A DNA stretch of 64,000 nt, from positions 25,482,001 to 25,546,000 of the forward strand of contig OZ024763.1 of NCBI GenBank assembly GCA_964016885.1. The letters run 5' to 3'. This DNA is from Eledone cirrhosa (Eukaryota). This document shows positions 1 through 14,624 of this stretch, piece by piece. Below the pieces are notes generated by a model. The model was not told the DNA's origin, made no database searches, and saw nothing but the letters and a program-made list of their open reading frames with translations. The position numbers and the translations under genes were made by a program. Position 1 is the stretch's first letter; every line of letters starts with the position of its first letter.

Positions 1-45
1 AAGATGCTTCCATAGGCGGTATACCATTTGATATATAGGTAGGTA

Positions 46-121
<76 letters not shown>

Positions 122-695
122 CATACCTATATATACATATAAATATATGTATATATATAAATATATATATGTATATATAGGAATGTATGTATGTATATAT
201 GTATGTATATATAGGTATGTATATATATATATGTATATACCATTCTAATAATGGTTAGTAAAAGATGATGCAATAAATTAAAGCACTCAATGTTTAAAAT
301 TCTAAAGAAAGTTTCCAGTGCAGCCTTTTATTATTTTTAATATATGTATGTGTGTATGTATGTATGTGTGCATATGTATGTATGTATGTATGTAAATGTC
401 ACTATTTTAGTGCCTCTTGTTTCAGTCCAAATTTGGACCTTAAAACCTTGGGTAGTGCTTTTGTTCCGTGTATGAACCTAAATGAATGATATATATATAT
501 ATATATATCATTCATTTCATTTTACGTCCGCTTTTTCCCTGCTTGCAAGGGTGGGACGGGAACTGATTTTGGCTTGATTTCTACAGCTGGATGCCCTTCC
601 TAACACCAACCTCATTCACAGTGAGTGCTGGGTGCTTTTTTGTCGTGGCACCTCCACGACCACTTTGCAGTGGAATGATATGGACCCCAGTCCCT

Positions 696-746
<51 letters not shown>

Positions 747-1542
747 ACGATCAACTTTCGTCAAATCGGACCGAGGAAACAATGTTTCCGCAGGTCTTTT
801 CCAGTTGCTAGTACTATCTATCGGTCGCAACTCCAGGTAGAAGGAGCAACGTGAAATAAAGTGTCTTGCTCAAGGACATAACGCATCGCCGATCCAGGAA
901 TCGAACTCACACCCTCAAGATTGTGAATCCAATTCTCTAAGCACTCAGCCACGCGCCTTCATATATATATATATATATATATATATCATCATCATCATTT
1001 AACGTCCATCTTCCACGCTAGCATGGGTTAGACGGGAGTTGTCCCACTTGAGGCAAGGTTGGTCGGGTGACCGTGTCTCGCTCGTATAGGACTATCTGGC
1101 AGGTTTTCTACGGCTGGATGACCTTCCTATGACCCGTTTAGCTTGCTTCGTTTTTTGGCTTAGGTGGTTGATAGCTTCTTAACCGCCATCTCAGTTTGTA
1201 TGGCCCTTATAACCTATGTTTATTGCTCTGGTCTCTTTTGGTCCATGGAGCGCTTGCCAACACAAATCGGAAATTGCGTTTCGCTTATTTCTATCCGCTG
1301 AAATACGATTCTCGCTGAATTTATATTTATATATATATATATAAGTTTTAATATAGATGAGATTCTACAGGACTAGAACTGTTTCATTCTTTAGAAATTA
1401 TCAGGAATCTGATTCCTGATGATTTCTAAAAAATGAAACAGTTCTAGTCCTATAGAATCTCATCTATATTAAAACTTTTATACTCTGCAATGTATTGAGT
1501 ACCTTACTTACTGTGGTTACCTCCGATTCAACCCGGAATAAC

Positions 1543-1589
<47 letters not shown>

Positions 1590-1629
1590 CCTTAAAGTTT
1601 ACCATCATTCTGTTGGTATACATCTATTA

Positions 1630-1700
1630 TGCAATTTACACCTGAAGATGTCACCTGGTTTTTACGCAACCTGCCCACTGAAATGTGCATAGTGTTTGCA
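1630..1700 (+). ncRNA. Hammerhead-like motif
   Basis: TGCAATTTACAC-CTGAAGA-[..GGTT..AACC..]-GAAA-TGTGCA-TA-GTGTTTGCA; stem I ACAC/GTGT, weak stem II. Confidence 0.5.
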
Positions 1701-2030
1701 GAAATAAATAATTAAAGAAATTCAACATATTTGGCCTCCTGTATTTTCACTTTATAATATATATATATATATATACGATATTAAATAAATGGAAACTATA
1801 TTTATAAAACCATATTTATTTCATTATATATATTTCAGGGATATCATATTAACAATATGTTATGCCTTCCTCAGACAAAATACAATATAGACAGTTTTAT
1901 AGATAAATAGATTTGACATACCGTTCAACATCGACTTGTATTTGAAAAGGTTGATTTGGCAGTTTTTTCAAATACAAGTCGATGTTGAACGGTATGTCAA
2001 ATCTATTTATCTATAAAACTGTCTATATTG

Positions 2031-2096
2031 TATTTTGTCTGAGGAAGGCATAACATATTGTTAATATGATATCCCTGAAATATATATAATGAAATA
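2031..2096 (+). ncRNA. Minimal type-I hammerhead motif (mirror copy on minus in palindrome 1774-2139)
   Basis: TATTTTGT-CTGAGGA-[AGG...CCT]-GAAA-TATATA-TA-ATGAAATA. Confidence 0.65.
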
Positions 2097-2225
2097 AATA
2101 TGGTTTTATAAATATAGTTTCCATTTATTTAATATCGTAAATATACTCCAAATACTTGTTGAGTGCTTTTATATCAGTTATAAATATTTACTAGTTGTAA
2201 CCCAATAATTTAAATATAACTTTCC

Positions 2226-2315
<90 letters not shown>

Positions 2316-2642
2316 CTGTCTATGTATGTGTGTGCATGTGTGAGTGTGCATGTGTGTGTACACACAAGGTAGAACCAGTTGTTTTCCAAAAGCTATGAAC
2401 ATGGTTTATCTATGAATTAACAGTCATGAAATTAACCGTATTTTTGATAAACAAGGCATTGAAGTGGTGGAAGCAGTAATATACACACAGGCAGACAATG
2501 TTGGTGAGATTTTACTAAACATACATTGACAACAGTTGTTGCATACACACGCACATATATGCATATTTATATATATATACACATACACATATATATATGC
2601 AAATACATACACACACACATATATATGTACATATACACATAC

Positions 2643-2678
<36 letters not shown>

Positions 2679-2810
2679 GCACACACACACACATACATAC
2701 ATTCATATATAAACATACACACGCACACACACATACACGTGCACATGCATATATATATATATGTGTATATATACACACACACACAAATATATATGTACAT
2801 ATACACATAC

Positions 2811-2853
<43 letters not shown>

Positions 2854-2921
2854 CATGCACACACACATACATACATTCATATATAAACATACACACGCAC
2901 ACACACACATACACGTGCACA

Positions 2922-2988
<67 letters not shown>

Positions 2989-4404
2989 ATATACACACAC
3001 ACACACACATATATATGCTTGCAAATATTCTGTGTCAATTCCATTGAATTAAGTCTTGCAATAATTCAAAGCTACCCTAGCTTCCTCTGTACCTAGTAAT
3101 ACAGGGCTACTCTAGCTTCCTCTGTACCTACTAATATATATATGGGATAACAGGTTATCGTTATAGGCAGTCCACTTAGATGTAGTCCAGTTAGAGTACT
3201 CCGTGTAGTGGATGGAATTAACGTATGGCTTAATTTGACTCAACAAGACGTTTCCATAGTGTTGCTGCAAGTTCACGGTGATTTCTATGTAGTTTATACT
3301 TGCAATTTCATACATCTGTATCATATCAGCTCGTTTAATATGCTAGATTCATCATTATACTCTATTTCTTACTTATATTGTTGTTATTATTTTAACTATT
3401 CAGTATCTAGTTATTTTATTATTGGTATTATTGTTCTGGTTTAATACCACTCCTCTATAAAAGCCATGCCTTGAGTATCTTCCTCACTTTTGCACGCTCT
3501 GATCAAACGACTCGTTATAAATAAAGTATTGGAGATCGATTGACGCAACATCAAGCGAGTAGCGAACTCTAGACCTACCAGATCAAAGAAACAATTGTCA
3601 GCAATGTGAATAATGCCCTTATTGTATAAACCAACCATGTCACACTTCTTTCTTGAATTATATATATATATATTGGATTGGCTTGATAATGTCAACTTAT
3701 GGACTGGACTTGATCTTTGCTCTTTAAACTCTGCTGTGATCAAACTTTGTAGAGAAAAATATCTCATGTTGATGCGCAGTCTACAATTGGCGGAGTTTAG
3801 CATCAAAGTAGTGTTATTATATTTGGGAGTGGCCTGCTATCGATATAACACCATATTTGCAGGCTGTTCCAAAATCGAATTTTCTATTTTCTATTTTCTA
3901 TTTTCTATTTTCTATTTTCTATTTTCTATCTTCTTCTCTATCTCCTATCTTCCATTCTATGTTTGGGTTCAATGTAATCCTGTTACATAATTCTACAAAT
4001 ATCATCATCATTTCACGTCCATAGTTCAATATTTGCATGACGTTTCTGTTAGAATTGTCTAACTTCGTGAAACCTTGAGTAATGGAATAATTATATTGTT
4101 GTTTATTACATAATTATATATATCTATATGTGTGTAGAGGACACAATGTTTTAGGATTTGACATCCTGTGGTTGATTTGGTCAGTTGGAAGTGACCACAG
4201 CTTCATAAACTACAGCGGGTGTGTTGCATTGCTGTTAAAGGGGACAAGCTTCAGGCTTTCGGCAAGAGCATCCTGGTGGGATGTCGCTCTTAGGACTGTT
4301 GGTGATGTGTGTCTCACCAACGTCAGAATATATGTGTGTATATATAAATATATATTTATATATGTATACACACACACACACAAACATACATACACATATA
4401 CTAG

Positions 4405-4445
<41 letters not shown>

Positions 4446-4752
4446 TATACACACACACACACACATTTATGTATATATATACACACACACATACATACAT
4501 ACATAAATATTTATATATCTATGCCATCCCTAACATGCAGGAAGATACCATATTCATATAAAATAAAAAAAACACACACAAGGCAAAAACTTCGCAGCGG
4601 CATCAATCAACAGCGCCGACTGCGTTTGCAATCAATCCCCAACCCAACCCAGCCCAGCCCCTCCCTGCCCAGACCAAAATCAGACCCATCCCCACCAACA
4701 CCCCTCTTCATTTCACCACCCCCACCCCACACCTTTAACACAGAAATGTCTT

Positions 4753-5012
4753 TCACAAGACATCCACAAAAAACTCACATGGATTTCCCATGGCCATTCT
4801 GAAAGACTGTCGACTGCCAGACAGGTCTGGGGGCATCTGTCCAAGCTCACGTGGCATGGGGGGTAGGCTCCGCTCACTTGGAGCTCCCCGCCTAGCGCTG
4901 GCCAAACTACCAGTGTCCGTATCACTGCTCCCACTTCCGGCAGGGCTCGCAGACTTCCGTTCGGACTTCTCCTTGTCTTTTTTCTTCTCGCTGCTGCCTG
5001 ATGCACTACTTC
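4753..5012 (-). CDS. dvl: Dishevelled last coding exon ending ...[23 protein letters not shown]
   Basis: Conserved Dvl C-terminus SRQSF..AMGNP.EFFVDV; ttgcag acceptor, phase 1, TGA at 4753-4755. Confidence 0.95.
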
Positions 5013-8000
5013 CTGCAATGTACAAGAATTAAAAGACATAAGGAACAAGGATAAGGAACAACATAATGAAGGGAGAGAGAGAGAGAGAGAGAGAGTGATG
5101 AGAGAGAGAAGGGGTGGAAGAGAGAGAGGGTGGCAGAGAGCGGGAGTTGGGAGAGAGAGAGAGAGCGGGGTGGGAGAGGGAAGGGGGGATAGAGAAGGGG
5201 GAATGAGGGTGGGAGAGAGTGGGGATAGGGAGAGAGAATGGGTGGGAGAGAGAGGGTGTAGGGAGAGAGAGAAAAAGGGGGTGGAAGAGAGAGAGAGAGA
5301 GGGTGAGAGGAGGAGCTAGAGAGAGAGAGAGAGAGAGAGAGAGATGTATTACTTCCTGGAATATACAAAAAACAAGACATATATAAGAATTAGGAACAAC
5401 ATACAATGAAGGGAGAGAGAGGGAAAGAGAGAGAGAGAGAGAAAGGGAGACACCACTAACACCATTTAAATATCATTAGATCTTTAGTTTGAGAGAGAGA
5501 GACCATTAATATAATTAGAGTTTAATATAATTAGATCTCTAGATAGTTTCAGAGAGAGAGAGAGAGAAACAAAAGAGAGAGATGAGAGAAAGAGACACAG
5601 AGATAGAGGAGAGAGAGACACAAGAGCAAGAGAGACAGACAGAGACATGAGAGGAAGAGAGACATGAGAGAGACAAGAGAGACAGACAGAGACAGACATG
5701 AGAGAAAGAGATAAGAGTGGGGCTTGTGTGCAGAAGAAAATGGATAGAAGCAAAGAAACAAGGTTTCCGTTAGTCCTTAGTTCCATTGCTGATACTATCT
5801 GCCAGTCACAACACATGGAAATAAAGTATTTTGTTCAAGAATACAACATGTAACCTGGTCCACAAATCAAACCCTCGTTGATATGATAGTAAGTTCAACA
5901 GACTACCCAGTAGACTACAAGCTGGCCTTCACATATTGACGGTGCTTTAACACTTTAGCAATTACTCTATATTTACTATAGTATTTTTTCGGTAAAGGCT
6001 TTACCTCACATAATATTGAATCTACGAGATTTTGATATTATCACTGTCCAGCGATTCTTTCTTGACACATTCTAATCACATGTCCATAGTATCAGAGCTG
6101 TGATCTCTCAATTCAGAGAAGTAGCAGCTCTACCTGGAGTGGCTCTCTGATCTCTAAGCTACAAATCTGTCCAGCGATTCTTTCTTGACACATTCTAATC
6201 ACATGTCCATAGTATCAGAGCTGTGATCTCTCAATTTGAAAAAGTAGCAGCTCTACCTGGAGCAACTCTCTGATCTCCAAGCTACACACTCTCTTTTACT
6301 TTTCCCAAAATGCATTAAGAGTAAAAAACAGTTGGGGGCCCCTGGGTTAACTTGTTGGACTAACAATCATAAGGTCATGGGTTTAATTCCTTGACTGAGT
6401 GACCCATTGTGTTCTTGAGCAAGTCACTTCATTCCATTCCATGTTACATTTCATGACAGGACTAGGGGCCCGTATCATAAAAACACCCAAGAAAATTAAT
6501 GTAAGGAGCTGTAAATTTCATTTTTTTTGTTTCAGTACAGTAGAAGGGTATACCAACAACAATGATAGACATTTTAAACCTGTTTTCTCCTTGAAACATA
6601 ATCATCATCATCACCATCATCATAAGCATCAATATCATCATCATCATCATCATCATAAGCATCACCATCATCATGAAAATTATCAACATCTTTACCATCA
6701 TCATTATCACCATCACCATCATCATCATCATAAGCATCACCATCATTATGATAATTATCATCTTCATCAACATCATCATCATCAGCACCACCACCACCAT
6801 CACTAACTTCATCATCATAATCTTCATAACCACCATCATCACCATCGTTATGATCATTAGCATTGATTACCATCATCACAAATGTCATCACCACCACCAC
6901 CACCACCACAATCATCACCACCATCATCAGAATCACCCACCTCCTTATCCCACCACCACACCTTCTCTTCCTCCTCTGGCTCCTTCTCCACCTCCTCCTC
7001 CAGCTCCTTCTCCACCTCCTCCTCTTCTGTCTGCAGGTGTCACCACTATAGCCATCAAGAAAGTAACCAGCCAACCAACCAATTAGCCAATTAGCCAACC
7101 AGCCATCCAACCAACCAACCAACCAGCCAACAAACAGCCAACCAACCAACCAATTAGCTAACCAACCAACCAACTAGCCAACCAGCCAATCAACCAACCA
7201 ACCAACCATCCTTCTCTCCCACATCATTATCATCATTATTGTGATCCTCATCACCACCACCAATATCATCATCATCCCTATAATCACCACCACCACAACC
7301 ACTTCCTCCACCATCATCATCATCACCAACTACCACCACCACTATTACCATCATCATCACTATAGTTGTTATCATCATCATTATTATAATTACTACCACC
7401 ACCATCACCACCACCACCACCACCACCACCACCACTGCCACTGCCATCACCTCACAACTTCTGTTCCAGGTATTCCAGTGTGCTAAAAAATTCAAATTCT
7501 TGAAGCAACCAGCCAGAATTAAAAACAAACAAACGAACAAACATAAATAAATAAATACACACATGCATAAATATATTTAAAACAAATTTTTTTAAACAAT
7601 TTCCAAGATTAGACCAAAATATCTGAAAAATCTGCACAACATAAGCTGGTGCCTGAGCAGTTTAATTGACTTTTCCCTCCCCAAAATCTGTTGGCCTTGT
7701 GCTTAAATCCAAAGCCATTATTTCTGAGTTCGAATCTCACTGAGGTTAGTTTTGCTTTTCATCCTTACGGGCTCGATAAATAGAGTACCAGACACGCACT
7801 GGGGTCGATTTAACCCTTTAACATTCACATTACTCTATATATACTCTTGTATTTTCATGGTAAATTCTTTATTACACATAGTTATCTCACATAATATCGA
7901 ATCTACAAGATTTTGATATTATTTATTTTGAGAACAATACCTTAACATAAGTGTGAGCAGTTGGTTACAGCCTGTTTGAACAGAAAGAAGTGAGAGAATT

Positions 8001-8841
8001 CTAGCTGGATATGGCCGGTTTAAATGCTAATGGGTTAACTCTTTAGCATTTACATTACTCTATATATATACTATTGTATTTTCACAGAAAAGGCTTTACT
8101 TCACACAATTAACTCACATGATACTGAATCTATGAGATTTTGATATTATTTATTTTGATAACAATACCTTAAAGTAGGTATGAGTGGCCAGTTATGGCTG
8201 GTTTGAACAGGAAAGGGTGAGAGAATTCTGGCCGGATATGGCCGGTTTAAATGCTAAAGGGTTAATCACCAATTTTAAATTCTACATAAATAAGGTTTGG
8301 ATTTTTACCCATTTCTCAGGCATAAGATAGTGGGGCCGGCTTATATTCGTATCAGCTTATATTTGAGTATATATGGTATATATGGTATAGTCCCATAACT
8401 CCTGATAGAGTGGTAGGGGTGCCGTATTGACATACAGCGTTTCTTGGGCATTTTAAGCCTGGCAGAGCCCATCTCTTCTCCAGGCCTGAATACAGTAGAT
8501 TTCTTCCAGAGAAAGATAGAAAGTAAGAGACAGGAAATGAGAAAGAGATATAGGAAAGATCGACCCCAGTACTAGACTGGTACTTTTTTTTTAATCGACC
8601 TCAAAAGGCTGAAAGGCAACAGAGAATGATAAAGTGAGAGAGAATGGAAATGAGAAAGAGATATAGAGGAAGTATCGACCCCCAGTACTAGACTGGTACT
8701 TTTTTATCGACCTCGAAAGAATGAAAGGCAAAGTTGACCTCGGCAGGATTTGAACTCAGAGAGCAGAGAGCAGAGAGCCGGAACAAATACCATAAAGCAT
8801 TCTATCTGACATTCTAACGACTCTGCTAAATTGCCGCCTAT

Positions 8842-8910
<69 letters not shown>

Positions 8911-8929
8911 TATATATATATTTATATAT

Positions 8930-8966
<37 letters not shown>

Positions 8967-10034
8967 AATATATATATATATAAATATATAAATATATATA
9001 TATATATATAAATATATATGTGGCAACCATTCACGATGTGGCTCAATGAAGAATTAATAAATTAAATAGTCAGAGCAATATATCATAAATTATATCTATA
9101 GAATCATTTGATAAAATATATACACTACTTCCTCTCCCAATTAGCATAATTAACCACATAAAAACTCAATTAGACCAGGCTATAAGAATAAAGGCTCCTA
9201 TGAAGAAATATTTGATAAATAAACGAAAGCAGCCTCTTCGCAGCCGACCACGAAGAGGCTGCTTTCGTTTATTTATCAAATATTTCTTCATAGGAGAATT
9301 TATTCTTATAGCCTGGTCTAATTGATTTTTTATGTGGTTAATTATGCTAATTGGGAGAGGAAGTAGTGTATATATTTTATCAAATGATTCTATAGACATA
9401 ATTTATGATATATATATATAAACTAAATCCCTCCAAATATTTTTTTAATTATTATTTTAAAAACTAGAATTTTTTTCCATACACTACCACGTATGTGTAT
9501 ATATATGTGCGTATGTATACATTTATATGTATGAGTATATAAATATAAACTTGCAAACAGACACGCTTCCCCTTCCTTCCTTTAACCCACACATACATTC
9601 ACACAGGCAGCAGACGTAAAGAGAGAAGAATAGTATGAGGTAGTCAAACTAGTTCCCTCTCTTTATGTGTTGTGACAGAATCGCAGAAATTTATACATAG
9701 ATTATTGGGAAAACCATATCGTTCCAGCCGAGGGACTGAGGCCATGCTGGGGTACCATTGTCTCTTATTAGAAATACAGTTAAAATGTTAATGTTAGGTT
9801 TTAGTTTGGTTTAGTAGTAGCCAGCTAGCCTGCCTGCCTGGAAATACCATATAAGGGAAATTTATTGAATGGGGAGTACAATAAATGAGCTGAAAGGGAG
9901 TTTAGTGAAGGATTAACAAGAGAGAAAAGCAACAGGCAAAAAAAAAATTATATATATATAAATATATACATGCAGCAACATATTGGAAGCAGAAAGATGA
10001 AAATTAAAAAGGGTGTGTGTTTCTGTGTGTGTGT

Positions 10035-10128
<94 letters not shown>

Positions 10129-10227
10129 CTATATATATATATATATATATATACACATACACACACACATATGTATATGTATGTATATGTGTGCATATGA
10201 GTGTATGTGTATACAAATCATGGCAGA

Positions 10228-10265
<38 letters not shown>

Positions 10266-10313
10266 GACATAGCCCGAAGGAAGGGGTTTCTAATTGGCAC
10301 TATATCTGTTATG

Positions 10314-10426
<113 letters not shown>

Positions 10427-10446
10427 ATATATATATATATACATAT

Positions 10447-10478
<32 letters not shown>

Positions 10479-10543
10479 ATACATATATACATACACATAT
10501 ATATATATGTACATCTATATATACATATACACATACACACATA

Positions 10544-10643
<100 letters not shown>

Positions 10644-11209
10644 TATATCAAAGAACCCTCCAAAGTGCTCACAATACACACCTATGTAAAGACATGAGTA
10701 GAGTCTGTTGCTAGACACGATTATTCCGCCATACTTAAAGGTTTCATGCAATTGACTTTCGACGGTCAACTGTAGTCGACATCTGTGAGTCTAAAATAAT
10801 GAGCAATAAAAATGGTAGTTAGAATATTTCAAAGTGTTGGGCACTTCTGGATTGTTCACATGGTTGAGTCTCTTTTTCCTTTTTATCAAACATCAGGAGG
10901 TTTGGGGGGAATTTTCCAGCTTTGAAATTTATCAGTAGAAACTTTCATATATGCCATTAAACTGAAATGAGTTCAGATATTTTATTTTTGTTGTTGTTGT
11001 TGTTGTTGCTGCTGTTCTATTTGGAATTAAAGTGCTGTGGGAGTTTCTCTTGTTACCAAATACCGGTGCAAAATCCTTTGCTATCAGGTGGGATGACTTC
11101 ATTGCCAACAAAGAAATTTGTCAACAACCCCTACCAACACCATCTGTCTGTCTAACATCATTTGCAAGAATCGACTTGGCTGCTTCGGCCACCACACGCG
11201 ACTCCCTGA

Positions 11210-12556
11210 TTAGGTCCTGTAATGGTACCCCCATGGAAAGGCTTGGAGAAGTTATCCCAAGATAATTAGGTCCTGTAATGGTACCCCCATGGAAAGGCTT
11301 GGATAAGATATCCCAAGATAATCAGGTCCTGTATTGGTACCCCCATGGAAAGGCTTGGAGAAGTTATCCCAAGATAATCAGTTCCTGTAATGGTACCCCC
11401 ATGGAAAGGCTTGGAGAAGTTATCCCAAGATAATCAGGTCCTGTATTGGTACCCCCATGGAAAGGCTTGGATAAGATATCCCAAGATAATCAGGTCCTGT
11501 ATTGGTACCCTCATGGAAAGGCTTGGAGAAGATATCCCAAGATAATCAGTTCCTGTAATGGTACCCCCATGGAAAGACTTGGATAAGATATCCCAAGATA
11601 ATCAGTTCCTCTAATGGTACCCCCATGGAAAGACTTGGAGAAGTTATCCCAAGATAATCAGGTCCTGTAATGGTACCCTCATGGAAAGACTTGGATAAGA
11701 TATCCCAAGATAATCAGGTCCTGTATTGGTACCCCCATGGAAAGGCTTGGAGAAGATATCCCAAGATAATCAGTTCCTGTAATGGTACCCCCATGGAAAG
11801 ACTTGGATAAGTTATCCAAAAATAATGAGGTCCTGTAATGGTACCCCCATGGAAAGACTTGGATAAGATATCCCAAGATAATCAGTTCCTGTAATGGTAC
11901 CCCCATGGAAAGACTTGGAGAAGTTATCCCAAGATAATCAGTTCCTGTAATGGTACCCCCATGGAAAGACTTGGATAAGATATCCCAAGATAATCAGTTC
12001 CTGTAATGGTACCCTCATGGAAAGACTTGGATAAGATATCCCAAGATAATCAGTTCCTGTAATGGTACCCCCATGGAAAGACTTGGAGAAGTTATCCCAA
12101 GATAATCAGGTCCTGTAATGGTACCCTCATGGAAAGACTTGGATAAGATATCCCAAGATAATCAGTTCCTGTAATGGTACCCCTATGGAAAGACTTGGAT
12201 AAGATATCCCAAGATAATCAGTTCCTGTAATGGTACCCCCATGGAAAGACTTGGAGAAGTTATCCCAAGATAATCAGGTCCTGTAATGGTACCCTCATGG
12301 AAAGACTTGGATAAGATATCCCAAGATAATCAGTTCCTGTAATGGTACCCCTATGGAAAGACTTGGATAAGATATCCCAAGATAATCAGTTCCTGTAATG
12401 GTACCCCCATGGAAAGACTTGGAGAAGTTATCCCAAGATAATCAGGTCCTGTAATGGTTGCCCCATGAAAAGACTTGGATAAGATATCCCAAGATAATCA
12501 GGTCCTGTAATGGTATCCTCATGGAAAGACTTGGAGAAGTTATCCCAAGATAATCA
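11210..12556. repeat. 56-bp minisatellite, ~24 copies with variant units
   Basis: Unit AGGTCCTGTAATGGTACCCCCATGGAAAGGCTTGGAGAAGTTATCCCAAGATAATC. Confidence 0.95.
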
Positions 12557-14289
12557 ACTCTGACAATTCGTTATCTATAAGATCATCTAACAACTCTACC
12601 ATTTTGTTGCTTTTAAAACCATCTCACAACTCTACCAATTCGTTGCCTGTAAGATCATCTCACAACTCTACCATTTGCTTGTCTGAAAGATCATCTCACA
12701 ACTCTACCATTTGCTTGTCTGAAAGATCATCTCACAACTCTAACAATCCAAGCTATGTGAGCCTGTAAGACAGGGCTCACATAGCTTGGGTTTGTTTCTA
12801 AATACTGGTGGCTCTGTTTATAAATCGCCTACGTGATGTTATTTTTTAAAATTCTTTTCTGCACATGCTTTTATTTCCAGATGTGTTTGGATAGTGATGT
12901 AGTATTTTCCAGATGTTGGTGTCTTAATTATAGATTGTAGCCATTTCTCTACACTATGCTTAATATATCGATAAGGGTAAATAAAACCTTTGAGAAAGGT
13001 ATTATTAGCACGACACAATTTCAACATCATTATTGCTGTCTCTCATCTAAAAAAAACTGTAAATCTGAAGAAATCCCAGCTATCTTATGAAATCGGAGAT
13101 AACCACCTTATCTTGCCAGAGAGACTATAAACACAGCATTGTGTAATTTCAATAATAATAATGATAATGAGGAGGGGGTGAAGGGGTGAAGTGGGATGGA
13201 AGAATGTTAAAACACAAGCAGGGATTAATGAAATCAAAAGCTGCAATAGTGGAGGTGTTAGTTGCTAAAGTGAGGGTGTAAATAGTAGTAAGAAAGCTGT
13301 GAAGAGAATTGGAGTGAGTAAGAGAGTGAAGGAATGAATAAGTGAGTGAGAAACCAGCAAAGTTTACCCCTAAGTGATAGAGGGCCTTACCCCCCAAGTG
13401 ATAGAGGGCCTTAACAAAAAAAAAAAGAGATTGAAAAACAGAAAGAGGAAAGAAAAGAAACTCCATCGAGTGGCAGTGTTTGTGATGAGGAGGAAGGACA
13501 GGCATCACCATCATCATCATCGTTTAATGTCCATCTTCCACGCTTGCATGGGTTTGGACGGGAATTTTCCCACTTGAGGCAAGATTGGTTGTCTTGCTCA
13601 TATAGGACTGTCTGGCGGGTTTTCTACGGCCGGATGCCCTTCCTAACACCAACCACGTTTACAGTGTGGACTGGGAGGTTTTTACCGTGTTACCTACACG
13701 GCCACATTACAGCATGGACTGTGTTTTTTTTGTTGTGACACCTACACGACCTCATTTGTTTCGGCCTGGATGTTGTGGTACCAACATAACTTTACATTGA
13801 AAGGGGTGGTGTGGATGGGGTGGGGGTAGTGGGACGGGGGTGTATTATTGTTAGAGGTGCCTACTGACTGTAGTAGGTTTCGCTTTGTACTTAGGCAAGG
13901 CAGGTCTTCTGTATTACTGTGTAGCGCCAAAGATCTCGGTCCAGTGACATTGTCTTGGAGAGGTGTAAGTGTGTGAGGTCGGAATTTATCAAGTCGTCCT
14001 AGGTTTTTCTGGGTCTGCCGACAGGATAAGGATTTTATCTGGTTCATAACAAAAACTTTAGTGCATGAAGGCAATGGGGACTAAGGTTTTATTTACGTTA
14101 ACCCTCTTGATATCAGAACTGTTTGATAACATAGCTGCTTCTATGATACAAAACTGAACCTGCCATAAATTCAAATTCAAACGCATCTTTCTCACCCTCA
14201 GCCATACCCCAGTCCTCTCAGTAGAATGACAACTAACCTGCAGGAATTACGGGTATCGGAGTGACAGACATCATCAGGCTGAAGCTGTA

Positions 14290-14329
<40 letters not shown>

Positions 14330-14548
14330 GGAAAATGTATTTAACCCCGACGGCGGAGCTCAAGCCGTTTCGACGGCTATTTCTGGACCGTCGAAACGGC
14401 TTGAGCTCTGCCGTCGGGGTTAAATACATTTTCCTATTACCCACTCTACTACCCTAAGTATTGAGTACTCTGGTGCATTATGGTCCATCTGGTTCCTTAC
14501 CACACTTCCTTCATTATATGTGTGTGTGTGTATACATATGTGTGTTTT

Positions 14549-14581
<33 letters not shown>

Positions 14582-14624
14582 TCATCATCATCATTTAATG
14601 TCTATCTTGCACGTTAGCATGTTA

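Noticed and set aside
12745-12792. Small hairpin resembling a pre-miRNA or terminator
   Set aside because: Too short and unsupported; likely a local inverted duplication
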